Shown in pieces: positions 34,453 to 42,355 of a stretch of DNA of 42,355 bases (position 1 is its first letter; the number at the start of each line of letters is the position of its first letter). The notes beneath the pieces are model-generated. The model was not told the DNA's origin. It ran no database searches and saw only the letters and a program-made list of their open reading frames with translations. The position numbers and the translations under genes were made by a program. Where the stretch lies: the NCBI GenBank assembly GCA_964404395.1, contig CAYOKA010000002.1, forward strand, positions 1,497-43,851, read 5' to 3'. The stretch comes from an uncultured Oscillospiraceae bacterium. Its GTDB lineage: Bacteria > Bacillota > Clostridia > Acetivibrionales > DTU013.

Positions 34453-36384
34453 ATGATTATTCTAGCATGCAATGATATTACACTGTCCTTTGGGACAGAA
34501 ATTATACTAAGCAAAGTCAGCTGTAATCTGCATCGAGGTGAAAAGGCAGCACTCGTTGGAGTAAACGGTGCCGGCAAATCAACTCTTTTTAAGATTATCA
34601 TCGGAAGCTTACAACAAGACTCCGGTGAAGTTTTTATGTCCAAAGGATTACGTACAGGCTATCTGGATCAGAGCTCCGGACTGGAATCCGAGAATACAAT
34701 TTGGGCAGAGATGCTGACTGCTTACCATGTACTTACATCGATGGAAGCCCGCCTTAAGCTGCTTGAAAAAAACATCAGCCGTGAAGGAGATGAGCAGCGA
34801 CTCCGCTCAATGATGAAGGAATATGACAGGCTACTCGAGCGCTTTATGCGGGAAGGGGGCTATGAGTACAACAGCAGGATAAAAGGAGTTCTTCGTGGTC
34901 TCGGTTTCAAAGATGAGGAGTTTGAGCTTACCATAAAAACGCTAAGCGGAGGGCAAAAAACGCGCCTCGCGTTGGCAAAGCTTCTGCTGGAGGAACCTGA
35001 CCTACTACTTCTGGATGAGCCCACCAACCACCTGGATATCAAGGCTATAGAATGGCTGGAGGATTTTTTGAAGAGCTATAAGCAGGCCGTGTTCGTAATA
35101 TCCCATGACAGGTATTTTCTTGATGCGACAACTACCAAAACAATTGAGCTTGAGAACTGCGAATGCACTACCTACGACGGCAGCTATTCCGAATATGCAA
35201 AGCAAAAGGTTATAGAACGGGAAATACAGCACAGACACTATAACCAGCAGCAGAAGGAAATTGCTCGTATGGAAGCATTTATTGAGCAGCAGAGGCGCTG
35301 GAACAGGGAAAGGAATATAATAGCCGCAGAAAGTCGCCAAAAGGCTATAGACAGAATGGAAAAGGTTAATGCTCCCAAAAGGCTTCCCGGCAGTATTAAA
35401 ATGAAGTTAAAAAGCAGTATCGCCAGCGGGAACGACGTACTGTCCGTCGAAAGCCTTTCAAAAAGCTTTCCCGGCAAAGAACTGTTCGAAGACCTTAGCT
35501 TTGAGGTTGATCGAGGCGAAAAGGCCTTTATTATTGGGCCCAACGGCTGTGGGAAATCAACATTGCTTAAAATTCTTATGGGGAAAATGTCCCCCACTGA
35601 AGGAGCTTTTGAGTATGGACATAAAGTAATAATCGGTTATTATGACCAGGAATTAGAAGGTTTGGACGATAATAATACCGTACTGGAAGAGGTCTGGGAT
35701 GATAACGAAAAACTGACGCACACCCAGATTCGCAGCGCCTTGGCACAGTTCCTTTTTTTTGGCGAGGATGTCTTTAAAAGTATCGGTATTCTAAGCGGCG
35801 GCGAGAAGAGCAGGGTCGCGCTGACTAAGCTAATGCTGTCCGGAGCCAATTTGCTTTTGCTTGATGAACCCACCAATCATTTGGACGTGAATTCCAGAGA
35901 GGCTCTTGAGGAAGCCTTACTTGCCTTCGACGGAACTATGCTTGTGGTATCTCATGACAGGTACTTTGTCAGAAAACTCGCTTCGAGGGTTATGGAAATG
36001 ACCGATGCAGGATTAGAGGATTATAAGGGCGATTATGCTTATTATCTTGACCACCGAAGGTTGACTGCAAGCCAGTCAGATGAAGGCAGCCAGGAGTTAT
36101 CCGCTTCAAAGCAGGAGCACTTGGAGAGTAAAGAAGAAAAGGCAAGAAGACGCAAGCTTCATAAGCGGCTTGCCAAATGCGAGAGAGAAATTAATGTTGC
36201 GGAGGCGCGGCTGACCGAAATAGAGGAAGAAATGTCCCGCGAGGATGCACTAAGCGATCATGTTTTGCTTACTTCACTTCATGACGAACAGCTTAGTCTG
36301 GAAAAGCGCCTTGAACAGCTTTATATAGAATGGTCTGCCTATGCGGAGCAGGTGGAGCAAATAGAGCAGGCAGAGCCTATTTGA
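34453..36384 (+). CDS. ABC-F family ATPase (two ABC domains, linker, C-terminal coiled coil; YdiF/Uup-like)
   Basis: It has two Walker A motifs (GVNGAGKST and GPNGCGKST), two LSGG signatures and no TM segments. Confidence 0.9.
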   Translation: MIILACNDITLSFGTEIILSKVSCNLHRGEKAALVGVNGAGKSTLFKIIIGSLQQDSGEVFMSKGLRTGYLDQSSGLESENTIWAEMLTAYHVLTSMEARLKLLEKNISREGDEQRLRSMMKEYDRLLERFMREGGYEYNSRIKGVLRGLGFKDEEFELTIKTLSGGQKTRLALAKLLLEEPDLLLLDEPTNHLDIKAIEWLEDFLKSYKQAVFVISHDRYFLDATTTKTIELENCECTTYDGSYSEYAKQKVIEREIQHRHYNQQQKEIARMEAFIEQQRRWNRERNIIAAESRQKAIDRMEKVNAPKRLPGSIKMKLKSSIASGNDVLSVESLSKSFPGKELFEDLSFEVDRGEKAFIIGPNGCGKSTLLKILMGKMSPTEGAFEYGHKVIIGYYDQELEGLDDNNTVLEEVWDDNEKLTHTQIRSALAQFLFFGEDVFKSIGILSGGEKSRVALTKLMLSGANLLLLDEPTNHLDVNSREALEEALLAFDGTMLVVSHDRYFVRKLASRVMEMTDAGLEDYKGDYAYYLDHRRLTASQSDEGSQELSASKQEHLESKEEKARRRKLHKRLAKCEREINVAEARLTEIEEEMSREDALSDHVLLTSLHDEQLSLEKRLEQLYIEWSAYAEQVEQIEQAEPI

Positions 36385-37093
36385 AGTAATCGTCTATTCC
36401 CCTCTTTATTGCCACAGCGATTGATGACTGATACCCGTCAGTTCTCAGTCTACTTTCCTCTCCGGCATTGGAAAGGAAGCCGCATTCTACAATAATTGTC
36501 GGAGTTTTTAAATTTTTCAGTATTACGATTTGGTCTTTTCTCTCCTGGGGCAGTCGTTTATTGTTTCTGTCAACATTTTCTTTCAGCGCTTCCTGGATGC
36601 AGGTAGCCAGCTTCAAGCTCTCAGTTGAATTTGGCGGATAAAATGTCTGTGCCCCATAGTATTGCTTTTCCTGAAAACTATTCATGTGTATGCTAACAGC
36701 AATGTGAGCCCCGCTGTTGTCCATGATATCCTTTCTACGCGTCAAATCCTGCAGCCTTTTATTATAGATGTCTGTAGTCCCTTCACTATAAACAAGCTTA
36801 TCTTCCTCACGTGTCATGATTACTTTATAATTATCGTTTTCCAGTAGCTCCTTTACCTTTACCGCCACCTTCAAGTTCAGATCCTTCTCCTTCAGGTCGC
36901 TGTAGCTGCTGACTTTTCCGGGATCCTCGCCACCATGACCGGCATCGATGATGACCGTTCTGTTCTCCTGCGCTCCGAGAGCAACATTAGAAACCTGGGT
37001 ATCAGTATTCACATTAAGGCTGTAAATTGCCAGAAGCAAAGCAAAAATCAAACCTATCAAAATAACATTGGACTTTCTCATAATAATAATCAT
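36377..37093 (-). CDS. cwlD: N-acetylmuramoyl-L-alanine amidase (Amidase_3), CwlD-like
   Basis: It has an N-terminal TM segment and carries IIDAGHGGEDPG...SIHMNS...ECGFLSN. Its 3' end overlaps the ABC-F 3' end by 8 nt. Confidence 0.8.
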   Translation of the reverse strand: MIIIMRKSNVILIGLIFALLLAIYSLNVNTDTQVSNVALGAQENRTVIIDAGHGGEDPGKVSSYSDLKEKDLNLKVAVKVKELLENDNYKVIMTREEDKLVYSEGTTDIYNKRLQDLTRRKDIMDNSGAHIAVSIHMNSFQEKQYYGAQTFYPPNSTESLKLATCIQEALKENVDRNNKRLPQERKDQIVILKNLKTPTIIVECGFLSNAGEESRLRTDGYQSSIAVAIKRGIDDYFK

Positions 37094-37221
37094 ATTGTTT
37101 CGTCTCCAAATACAAATTGATTAACTCAAGTTTCCTGCAGGTTATAAAACACCATTGATAATCAAGAGCAGGAAAGTGAATTCATTATAAGAATATTCAC
37201 AGATAGGTTGGACATATTACA

Positions 37222-37842
37222 CTACTGTTCACTTGATACTTTCTTTTTCTTTTTCTTTTTTTTGCCTGAACTCTTTTGATTTATGGTTGGATTCCAGGGG
37301 CTTTTTGTAAAGCCCTTTTCCTGAACAACATTTTTCTTCTTAAAAATTTTGTTTAGGACATCGATACCATAATATCCGGCCAAATATCCGAGCATGGCAA
37401 GCACAGCGATCGCCAAGATAGCCAGAATATAGCCGAGTGTCGATTTGTTCATCCATGCAACAATAAAATACACTGGACCAAGCAAACCATCAATCGCTAC
37501 TACCCTGAGTCTATCTGCTATCTGATCCCCAAAAGGAATCTGTGATAATACAAATGCAACTATTGCAATGGGTATTATTGAAATTAATCCATATACCAAT
37601 CCCTTCAACGGGTATGGATTCAATTCGTACTGCGGCTTAACCTCTTTCTTCGCTAATGTCTTCATATCAGTGTAGATTAGAAGAGAAAGAAAAATGAATA
37701 ATAAAATGCTGTATAGAGGAATCCATCTGGTAAAGTTCTCTCCTGCCAGTCCTATGAATGGATATAGAAATATAATAAAAAGAATCAAAACCAATATATA
37801 AGTAAAAAAAATTTTTGCTCCACCTTTAATCAAATCTTTCAT
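37222..37842 (-). CDS. Uncharacterised polytopic membrane protein with a poly-lysine tail
   Basis: It has about 5 hydrophobic segments and the tail SSGKKKKKKKKVSSEQ. The start is set at ATG 37842 behind AGGAG; the ORF-track start at 37851 is a TTG. Confidence 0.65.
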   Translation of the reverse strand: MKDLIKGGAKIFFTYILVLILFIIFLYPFIGLAGENFTRWIPLYSILLFIFLSLLIYTDMKTLAKKEVKPQYELNPYPLKGLVYGLISIIPIAIVAFVLSQIPFGDQIADRLRVVAIDGLLGPVYFIVAWMNKSTLGYILAILAIAVLAMLGYLAGYYGIDVLNKIFKKKNVVQEKGFTKSPWNPTINQKSSGKKKKKKKKVSSEQ

Positions 37843-37875
37843 ATTAGCCAACTCCTATTACTTAGTCATCTTCTT

Positions 37876-38814
37876 CTATTGCTTTTGATGTCGCATATCC
37901 TTAATATACACGCTAGTAGGATACTCCTTCGCCTTTTTCTTAAGCTCCGCAGCTATCTCCCCAACCTGTATAGGGCTGAAGATCACCCTAAATTCATTGG
38001 AAACAACCGCTAAGGAGATAGTCATAATCGGGTATCTAATTATATTGCCTCTTCTATTTTTCGTGCTTATGTATCCGGTTTTCCTGTCATCACAGGAATA
38101 AAGCTCAGGTACCCGTTCGTCAAATTCCTTAATAATGTTTTCGCAAATTACATCCACATATTTCGGCGTGGTAATAACTACAAAATCATCCCCTCCGATG
38201 TGCCCAATAAAATCGCTTTTGGAGCCGAAAATTGGTATAATATCCAAGAGAATATCCGCTATTAGCTTAATTGCTGTATCACCTCTGGGAAATCCATAAA
38301 CATCATTATAGGCCTTAAAATTATCAATATCCAGATATAGCACCGAAAATAATTGCTCATTTGCAATCCTATAATTGATCTCCGATTGCACTTCATTATT
38401 TCCAGGCAGCCCGGTTAAAGGATTTGCCCACCTGTTTCTCTCAATTCTCAACAGCGTATTCCTGACTCTACTGATCAGCTCGCGAGGATTAAATGGTTTT
38501 GTTATATAGTCATCTGCACCAAGCTCAAGGCCGGTAAGCTTGTCCTCCTCATTTCCCTGAGCTGTAAGGATGATAATCGGCAGTAGATTGTTGCTTTCAT
38601 CCTGACGAAGTATCCTGCATACCTCAAACCCGTCTAAACCCGGCATAATAACGTCAAGCAGCACCAAATCAGGTTTCTCTGTCATTACCATCTGGACGCC
38701 ATCTGTACCATTATCTGCAGCAACTACATCGTAGCCCTCCGGTGCCAATATATCGGTAACCATCCTCACCATCAGTTCTGTGTCATCAATGATAAGTATC
38801 TTTTTCTTAAACAT
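37876..38814 (-). CDS. Response regulator: REC domain fused to a GGDEF-family domain with a GGDDF motif
   Basis: The REC domain carries ILIIDD...DLVLLDVIMPGLDG...K. The GGDEF domain carries NPLTGLPGN...DIDNFKAYND..G...GD...HIGGDDF. The start is set at 38814 behind GGGGAG. Confidence 0.85.
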   Translation of the reverse strand: MFKKKILIIDDTELMVRMVTDILAPEGYDVVAADNGTDGVQMVMTEKPDLVLLDVIMPGLDGFEVCRILRQDESNNLLPIIILTAQGNEEDKLTGLELGADDYITKPFNPRELISRVRNTLLRIERNRWANPLTGLPGNNEVQSEINYRIANEQLFSVLYLDIDNFKAYNDVYGFPRGDTAIKLIADILLDIIPIFGSKSDFIGHIGGDDFVVITTPKYVDVICENIIKEFDERVPELYSCDDRKTGYISTKNRRGNIIRYPIMTISLAVVSNEFRVIFSPIQVGEIAAELKKKAKEYPTSVYIKDMRHQKQ

Positions 38815-38958
38815 TAGCACTCCCCAGTGTTACCGAACTCATTTAAATTAAACGACCTCTTAATATAATATCATTGTAGAAATATAATACAATAGTGAAC
38901 TGCAAAGGAACCAGGGCAAAATCATGAACAGAGGCCCCCATCTCCCGAACATTTGTTC

Positions 38959-38987
38959 TTGACATATTATGTAATTTGCTGTATCAT
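38959..38987 (+). promoter_or_regulatory. Promoter of tag
   Basis: TTGACA (38959-38964), a 17 nt spacer, then TATCAT (38982-38987). Confidence 0.6.
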
Positions 38988-39026
38988 TCTATATATGGTG
39001 TGATTTTTTTGAGGAGGTCGTTTTTT

Positions 39027-39611
39027 GTGAGTAAAAAAATAAGATGCCCTTGGGCTGGAAATACCCCCATATACATAGACTATCATGACAACGAATGGGG
39101 ACGGCCTGTACATGATGATATCAAGCTATTTGAAATGCTTGTTTTAGAAGGCATGCAGGCAGGGCTTGCATGGATAACCGTGCTTAAAAAGAGAGAAGCA
39201 TTCAGGGAATCTTTTGACGGCTTTGACCCTTATAAGGTAGCACTTTACGGCGATGATAAAATCCAGGAGCTAATGGCAAACGAAAAGATAATTAGAAATC
39301 GCCTGAAAATTAACGCGGCCGTGAGCAATGCCAAAGCATTTTTAAGGGTTATAGAAGAATACGGGAGCTTTGACAGGTTTATATGGGGTTATGTAGACTA
39401 TACACCTATTACAGGCCATTGGGAGAACCACGATGATTTTCCATCTAGCACCCCCCTTTCCGATAAAATCAGCAAGGACCTTAAAAAAATGGGTTTCAAA
39501 TATGTAGGCTCGACCATAATTTACGCGTACATGCAAGCTATAGGTATGACCAACGATCACATAACGGAGTGTTTCGCTTATAGTGAGATATTGCACTACC
39601 CCCGGGAGTAA
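39027..39611 (+). CDS. tag: DNA-3-methyladenine glycosylase I
   Basis: It carries RCPWAGNTPIYIDYHDNEWGRPVHDD..LFE.L.LEG.QAGL.W. The GTG start at 39027 lies 9 nt after GGAGG. Confidence 0.9.
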   Translation: MSKKIRCPWAGNTPIYIDYHDNEWGRPVHDDIKLFEMLVLEGMQAGLAWITVLKKREAFRESFDGFDPYKVALYGDDKIQELMANEKIIRNRLKINAAVSNAKAFLRVIEEYGSFDRFIWGYVDYTPITGHWENHDDFPSSTPLSDKISKDLKKMGFKYVGSTIIYAYMQAIGMTNDHITECFAYSEILHYPRE

Positions 39612-39618
39612 TGACTTT

Positions 39619-39646
39619 TTGACTTTTTTTGAATTATGCTTATAAT
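39619..39646 (+). promoter_or_regulatory. Promoter upstream of the hydrogenase-like/MCP gene (leader of about 230 nt)
   Basis: TTGACT (39619-39624), a 16 nt spacer, then TATAAT (39641-39646). Confidence 0.6.
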
Positions 39647-39885
39647 ATAAATGACAGATTTTCTTGGTTATGTCACTATTTATTTAATTCTGCAAACATA
39701 GCAAAATACGCAAATCAACCATCACATAACAATAGAAGCCGCAAAATAGGAAACTACAAACGCCCTAAAAGTTATTTCAGTGGAACTGAAACCGGAAAAT
39801 CAAACACATATCTGAAAGGAGGGCAGGCGTTTTCTCCTCGGCTTGGCTATAGCCTGGAAGTTGGGGTATTCACGCCTTACTGTTT

Positions 39886-41820
39886 ATGAATGTGGCTAAT
39901 AGTATCAGTATAATTTTTACAAAAGAAGAAAACTGTAAAGGGTGTAATAAGTGTATAGGAGTATGTCCTGTAAAAATTGCTAATGAAGCATATGTAAATG
40001 GGAATGGAGAAAACAAGATTAAGGTGAATGCGCAAATGTGCATCCACTGCGGTAAATGTATTACTGTTTGTGACCATAATGCGAGAGACTATTACGATGA
40101 CACGGAGAAAATGTTTAATGACCTGAAGGAGGGGCAGAAGATTTCAATTATAGCAGCCCCGGCATTCAGAACTAATTACAGCAACTATAGAAAAATACTT
40201 GGTTTCCTCAAATCAAGAGGAGTAAATTTAGCCTATGACGTATCCTTCGGTGCCGATATAACTACCTGGGCCTACCTTAAGGCCGTTAAGGATAAAAAGC
40301 TGGATAGCATAATTGCTCAGCCCTGTCCGGCCATTGTAAACTATGTAGAAAAATATAAACCAGAGCTGATTGATAGGTTGGCACCCATACACAGCCCCGC
40401 ATTGTGTACTGCAGTATATTTGAGGGATGTTGTGAAGAACAGTGACAAAATAGCCTTTTTATCGCCCTGTATAGCAAAGAAGGATGAATTTGATGCTGTA
40501 GAAACTAAGGGTTATGTTGAATACAATGTGACATTTAAAAAGCTCATGGATTATATCAACGAAAGTAAGATAAATCTGGATAGCTTCAAAGAGGAAAGCT
40601 TTGATAACATAGAAGATGGACTAGGCTTTCTATTTCCAAGACCCGGTGGCTTAAAGGAAAATGTGCTGGCAAGGGTGCCCAAAGCAAGAGTTAGACAGGT
40701 AGAGGGGACAGAACATGTAATAGATTACCTGGAAAGCTATGCAAGCAGGGACAGCCAGGGCAAAAAAATGCCACTTCTGATTGATGCGCTCAACTGCATT
40801 CTGGGCTGTAATGTAGGTACTGGCACAGAGGGCAGCGCCGATATAGATGATGTGGATTTACAGCTCGATGAAATAAAAACAAAAAAGACTGATAACAAGA
40901 GGGTAAACAAAAAGAAGATTGATAAGCTCTATAAATATTTCGATAAAAAACTAGATTTATCACTTTTTATAAGAGAATACTCCAATAAGTCCAAGCTAGA
41001 CTATGTTAAGCTGGAAACTGACAGAGAATTGGAAGGAGTTTATTCTCAGATGCACAAAGGCACGGAAGAATCTAGGAATATTAACTGTAATGCTTGTGGT
41101 TACGGGAATTGCAGAAAAATGGCATCGGCAATATTTAAGGGCACGAATCATAAGGAAAATTGTATACAGTACAATAAAGAAGAGCTTTTGATAGAAAATG
41201 AAATTATAGGTGAAAAGGAGCACAAAAGCAGAGAATATGCTGAAGAGGTTAAATTGTTAAAGGTGCAAGCTGACAAAAACCTAAGCTATGTGAAATCATC
41301 AGTTGAAGAAATAATCGCTGCGGTAAATGAAATAATTGAAGGCGGCGAGGAGGTTAATATAAATCTTACAGAAATATTAGAAAGCTCCGCCGATGTAATG
41401 GGAGTTTCAAAGGAATTGAAGGAGATAACTGAAAAGCTTGATCAAGGATTTAAAAAGTTTTCCGATGCTACACAAGAGATTATTGGTGTTTCAGAGCAAA
41501 CCAATTTGTTGTCACTAAACGCAGCTATAGAGGCGGCCCGGGCAGGAGAGCATGGCAAAGGCTTCTCGGTAGTTGCAAACGAAGTTAAAGCATTGTCAAA
41601 CACATCCAAGTTAGTTGCTAGTTCTACTCAAACAGAGGAAAAACAAATATTTGCGATAGTAGAAAAGCTAGTTGAAATAGCAAATGATTTAGGCATAAAA
41701 ACAAACTCTATAAACGATGCAATAACAACCATTTCGGGAACAATAGAGGAGATTTTAGCAAAGACGATGGATGTTGAAAGCACTTCAGAGCAACTAATAG
41801 GGACAAAGAACTTAGAATAG
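39886..41820 (+). CDS. Soluble [FeFe]-hydrogenase-like sensory protein fused to a methyl-accepting chemotaxis (MCP) signalling domain
   Basis: It has two ferredoxin CxxCxxCxxxCP motifs. The H-cluster-like motifs are [14 protein letters not shown] and [21 protein letters not shown]-x16-C motif follows. The C-terminus carries the MCP hairpin tip ([31 protein letters not shown]). There is no TM segment. Confidence 0.85.
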   Translation: MNVANSISIIFTKEENCKGCNKCIGVCPVKIANEAYVNGNGENKIKVNAQMCIHCGKCITVCDHNARDYYDDTEKMFNDLKEGQKISIIAAPAFRTNYSNYRKILGFLKSRGVNLAYDVSFGADITTWAYLKAVKDKKLDSIIAQPCPAIVNYVEKYKPELIDRLAPIHSPALCTAVYLRDVVKNSDKIAFLSPCIAKKDEFDAVETKGYVEYNVTFKKLMDYINESKINLDSFKEESFDNIEDGLGFLFPRPGGLKENVLARVPKARVRQVEGTEHVIDYLESYASRDSQGKKMPLLIDALNCILGCNVGTGTEGSADIDDVDLQLDEIKTKKTDNKRVNKKKIDKLYKYFDKKLDLSLFIREYSNKSKLDYVKLETDRELEGVYSQMHKGTEESRNINCNACGYGNCRKMASAIFKGTNHKENCIQYNKEELLIENEIIGEKEHKSREYAEEVKLLKVQADKNLSYVKSSVEEIIAAVNEIIEGGEEVNINLTEILESSADVMGVSKELKEITEKLDQGFKKFSDATQEIIGVSEQTNLLSLNAAIEAARAGEHGKGFSVVANEVKALSNTSKLVASSTQTEEKQIFAIVEKLVEIANDLGIKTNSINDAITTISGTIEEILAKTMDVESTSEQLIGTKNLE

Positions 41821-41840
41821 ATTAAGCTGTTTTCTATATC

Positions 41841-41886
41841 AAAAATCCCTGAACCGCTTATTCAAGCACTTCAGGGATTTTTCTTT
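41841..41886. terminator. Bidirectional intrinsic terminator
   Basis: AAAAATCCCTGAA, a 16 nt loop, then TTCAGGGATTTTT. A T-run follows the hairpin on either strand. Confidence 0.8.
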
Positions 41887-41961
41887 TGGAGGCGCCACCC
41901 AGATTCGAACCGGGGAATAAGGGTTTTGCAGACCCTTGCCTTACCACTTGGCTATGGCGCC
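41887..41961 (-). tRNA. tRNA-Cys (GCA)
   Basis: The minus strand reads GGCGCCATAGCCAAGTGGTAAGGCAAGGGTCTGCAAAACCCTTATTCCCCGGTTCGAATCTGGGTGGCGCCTCCA. It folds as a cloverleaf by hand, with U73 and an encoded CCA. Confidence 0.95.
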
Positions 41962-42043
41962 ACATTGCAGATGCCAGAAACTGGATTCGCGAAGCCGGGT
42001 TGCTTGGCCTCTACCCTCCAGTCCCTAATCACTGCATTATTCT

Positions 42044-42118
42044 TGGAGCGGGATACGAGATTCGGACTCGCGACTTTCACCTTGGCAAGGTGACACTCTA
42101 CCACTGAGTTAATCCCGC
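42044..42118 (-). tRNA. tRNA-Gly (GCC)
   Basis: The minus strand reads GCGGGATTAACTCAGTGGTAGAGTGTCACCTTGCCAAGGTGAAAGTCGCGAGTCCGAATCTCGTATCCCGCTCCA. The anticodon loop is TTGCCAA. Confidence 0.95.
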
Positions 42119-42124
42119 ATTTTC

Positions 42125-42173
42125 TAGCTTTTGCTTGCGCAAAAAGTTTCTTCGGTAAGCGATTTTCATTCGC
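42125..42173 (-). repeat. 49 nt direct repeat, copy 1, ending 6 nt upstream of tRNA-Gly
   Basis: It is identical to 42242-42290 (plus strand TAGCTTTTGCTTGCGCAAAAAGTTTCTTCGGTAAGCGATTTTCATTCGC). Confidence 0.95.
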
Positions 42174-42241
42174 AAAACGCAACCACCCTCACTGCGTGAG
42201 GTTTTATACTGTAGATTATACCGCCTTTGGCGGATAATCAA

Positions 42242-42290
42242 TAGCTTTTGCTTGCGCAAAAAGTTTCTTCGGTAAGCGATTTTCATTCGC
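42242..42290 (-). repeat. 49 nt direct repeat, copy 2
   Basis: It is a perfect copy, 117 bp from copy 1. Confidence 0.95.
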
Positions 42291-42309
42291 TATGCTCATG
42301 AAAACGCTT

Positions 42310-42355
42310 TGGTGCCCAGAGCCGGAATCGAACCAGCGACACGTGGATTTTCAGT
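42310..42355 (-). tRNA. tRNA-Phe (GAA), 3' part only (cut by the window end)
   Basis: The minus strand reads ...ACTGAAAATCCACGTGTCGCTGGTTCGATTCCGGCTCTGGGCACCA. The anticodon loop CTGAAAA, the T-arm, A73 and the CCA are all visible. Confidence 0.85.

Noticed and set aside
34015-34453. Minus-strand ORFs 34015..34227 and 34199..34453 in the aroF/ABC-F intergenic region
   Set aside because: They have no SD and a hydrophobic, low-complexity composition. They overlap the predicted aroF promoter and the ABC-F leader.
39629-39889. The 86 aa ORF ending in an ATGA overlap with the hydrogenase-like/MCP gene
   Set aside because: Its only start is a TTG inside the predicted promoter spacer. It has no internal Met, no SD and a low-complexity N/K/S-rich sequence. 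It is more likely untranslated leader.
41962-42043. Possible degenerate tRNA in the 82 nt spacer between tRNA-Cys and tRNA-Gly (T-loop-like CTTCGCGAATCC on the minus strand)
   Set aside because: I could not build an acceptor stem, a D-arm or an anticodon arm by hand. It is treated as spacer unless tRNAscan or Infernal says otherwise.

Overview
This is a Clostridia-type (Firmicutes) chromosomal segment. All protein calls below come from motifs read by eye in the supplied translations; no database search was run.

Backbone. Most of the window is a conserved housekeeping backbone, largely on the minus strand. It contains ctsR-mcsA-mcsB-clpC, radA, carD, yacL, ispD, ispF, proS with a T-box leader, and glpK. 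It also contains aroF-tyrA-aroA, rex, an EF-G paralog, an ABC-F ATPase, a cwlD-like amidase, tag, and a tRNA cluster (Cys, Gly, partial Phe).

Accessory blocks. Two blocks interrupt the backbone:
- A divergent GH15 hydrolase / processive GT2 synthase pair lies between clpC and radA.
- An SLH/FN3 surface protein, an O-antigen-ligase-family membrane protein and a small Cys-rich ORF lie between radA and carD.

Nothing recognisably mobile or defensive. I saw no transposase, integrase, CRISPR array, toxin-antitoxin pair or known defence gene.

Features not explained by ordinary annotation:
1. A dispersed 14-15 bp repeat, GGGGACGGTTCTCC(C), occurs as tandem arrays that face each other in inverted orientation at three loci (1-218, 6793-6905, 20888-21214). 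Two copies are translated as a C-terminal tail of ClpC.
2. A near-identical ~49 bp element made of two NrdR-box-like palindromes occurs twice, next to a c-di-AMP riboswitch locus and inside the ctsR leader, with no nrd gene nearby.
3. A soluble [FeFe]-hydrogenase-like protein is fused to an MCP signalling domain.
4. An 18 bp palindrome, TTGACAA-N4-TTGTCmm, overlaps the -35 element of two promoters (rex and the Cys-rich ORF).
5. A perfect 49 nt direct repeat lies in a tRNA spacer.

Start codons were moved from the ORF track wherever a Shine-Dalgarno sequence clearly supported an internal start.
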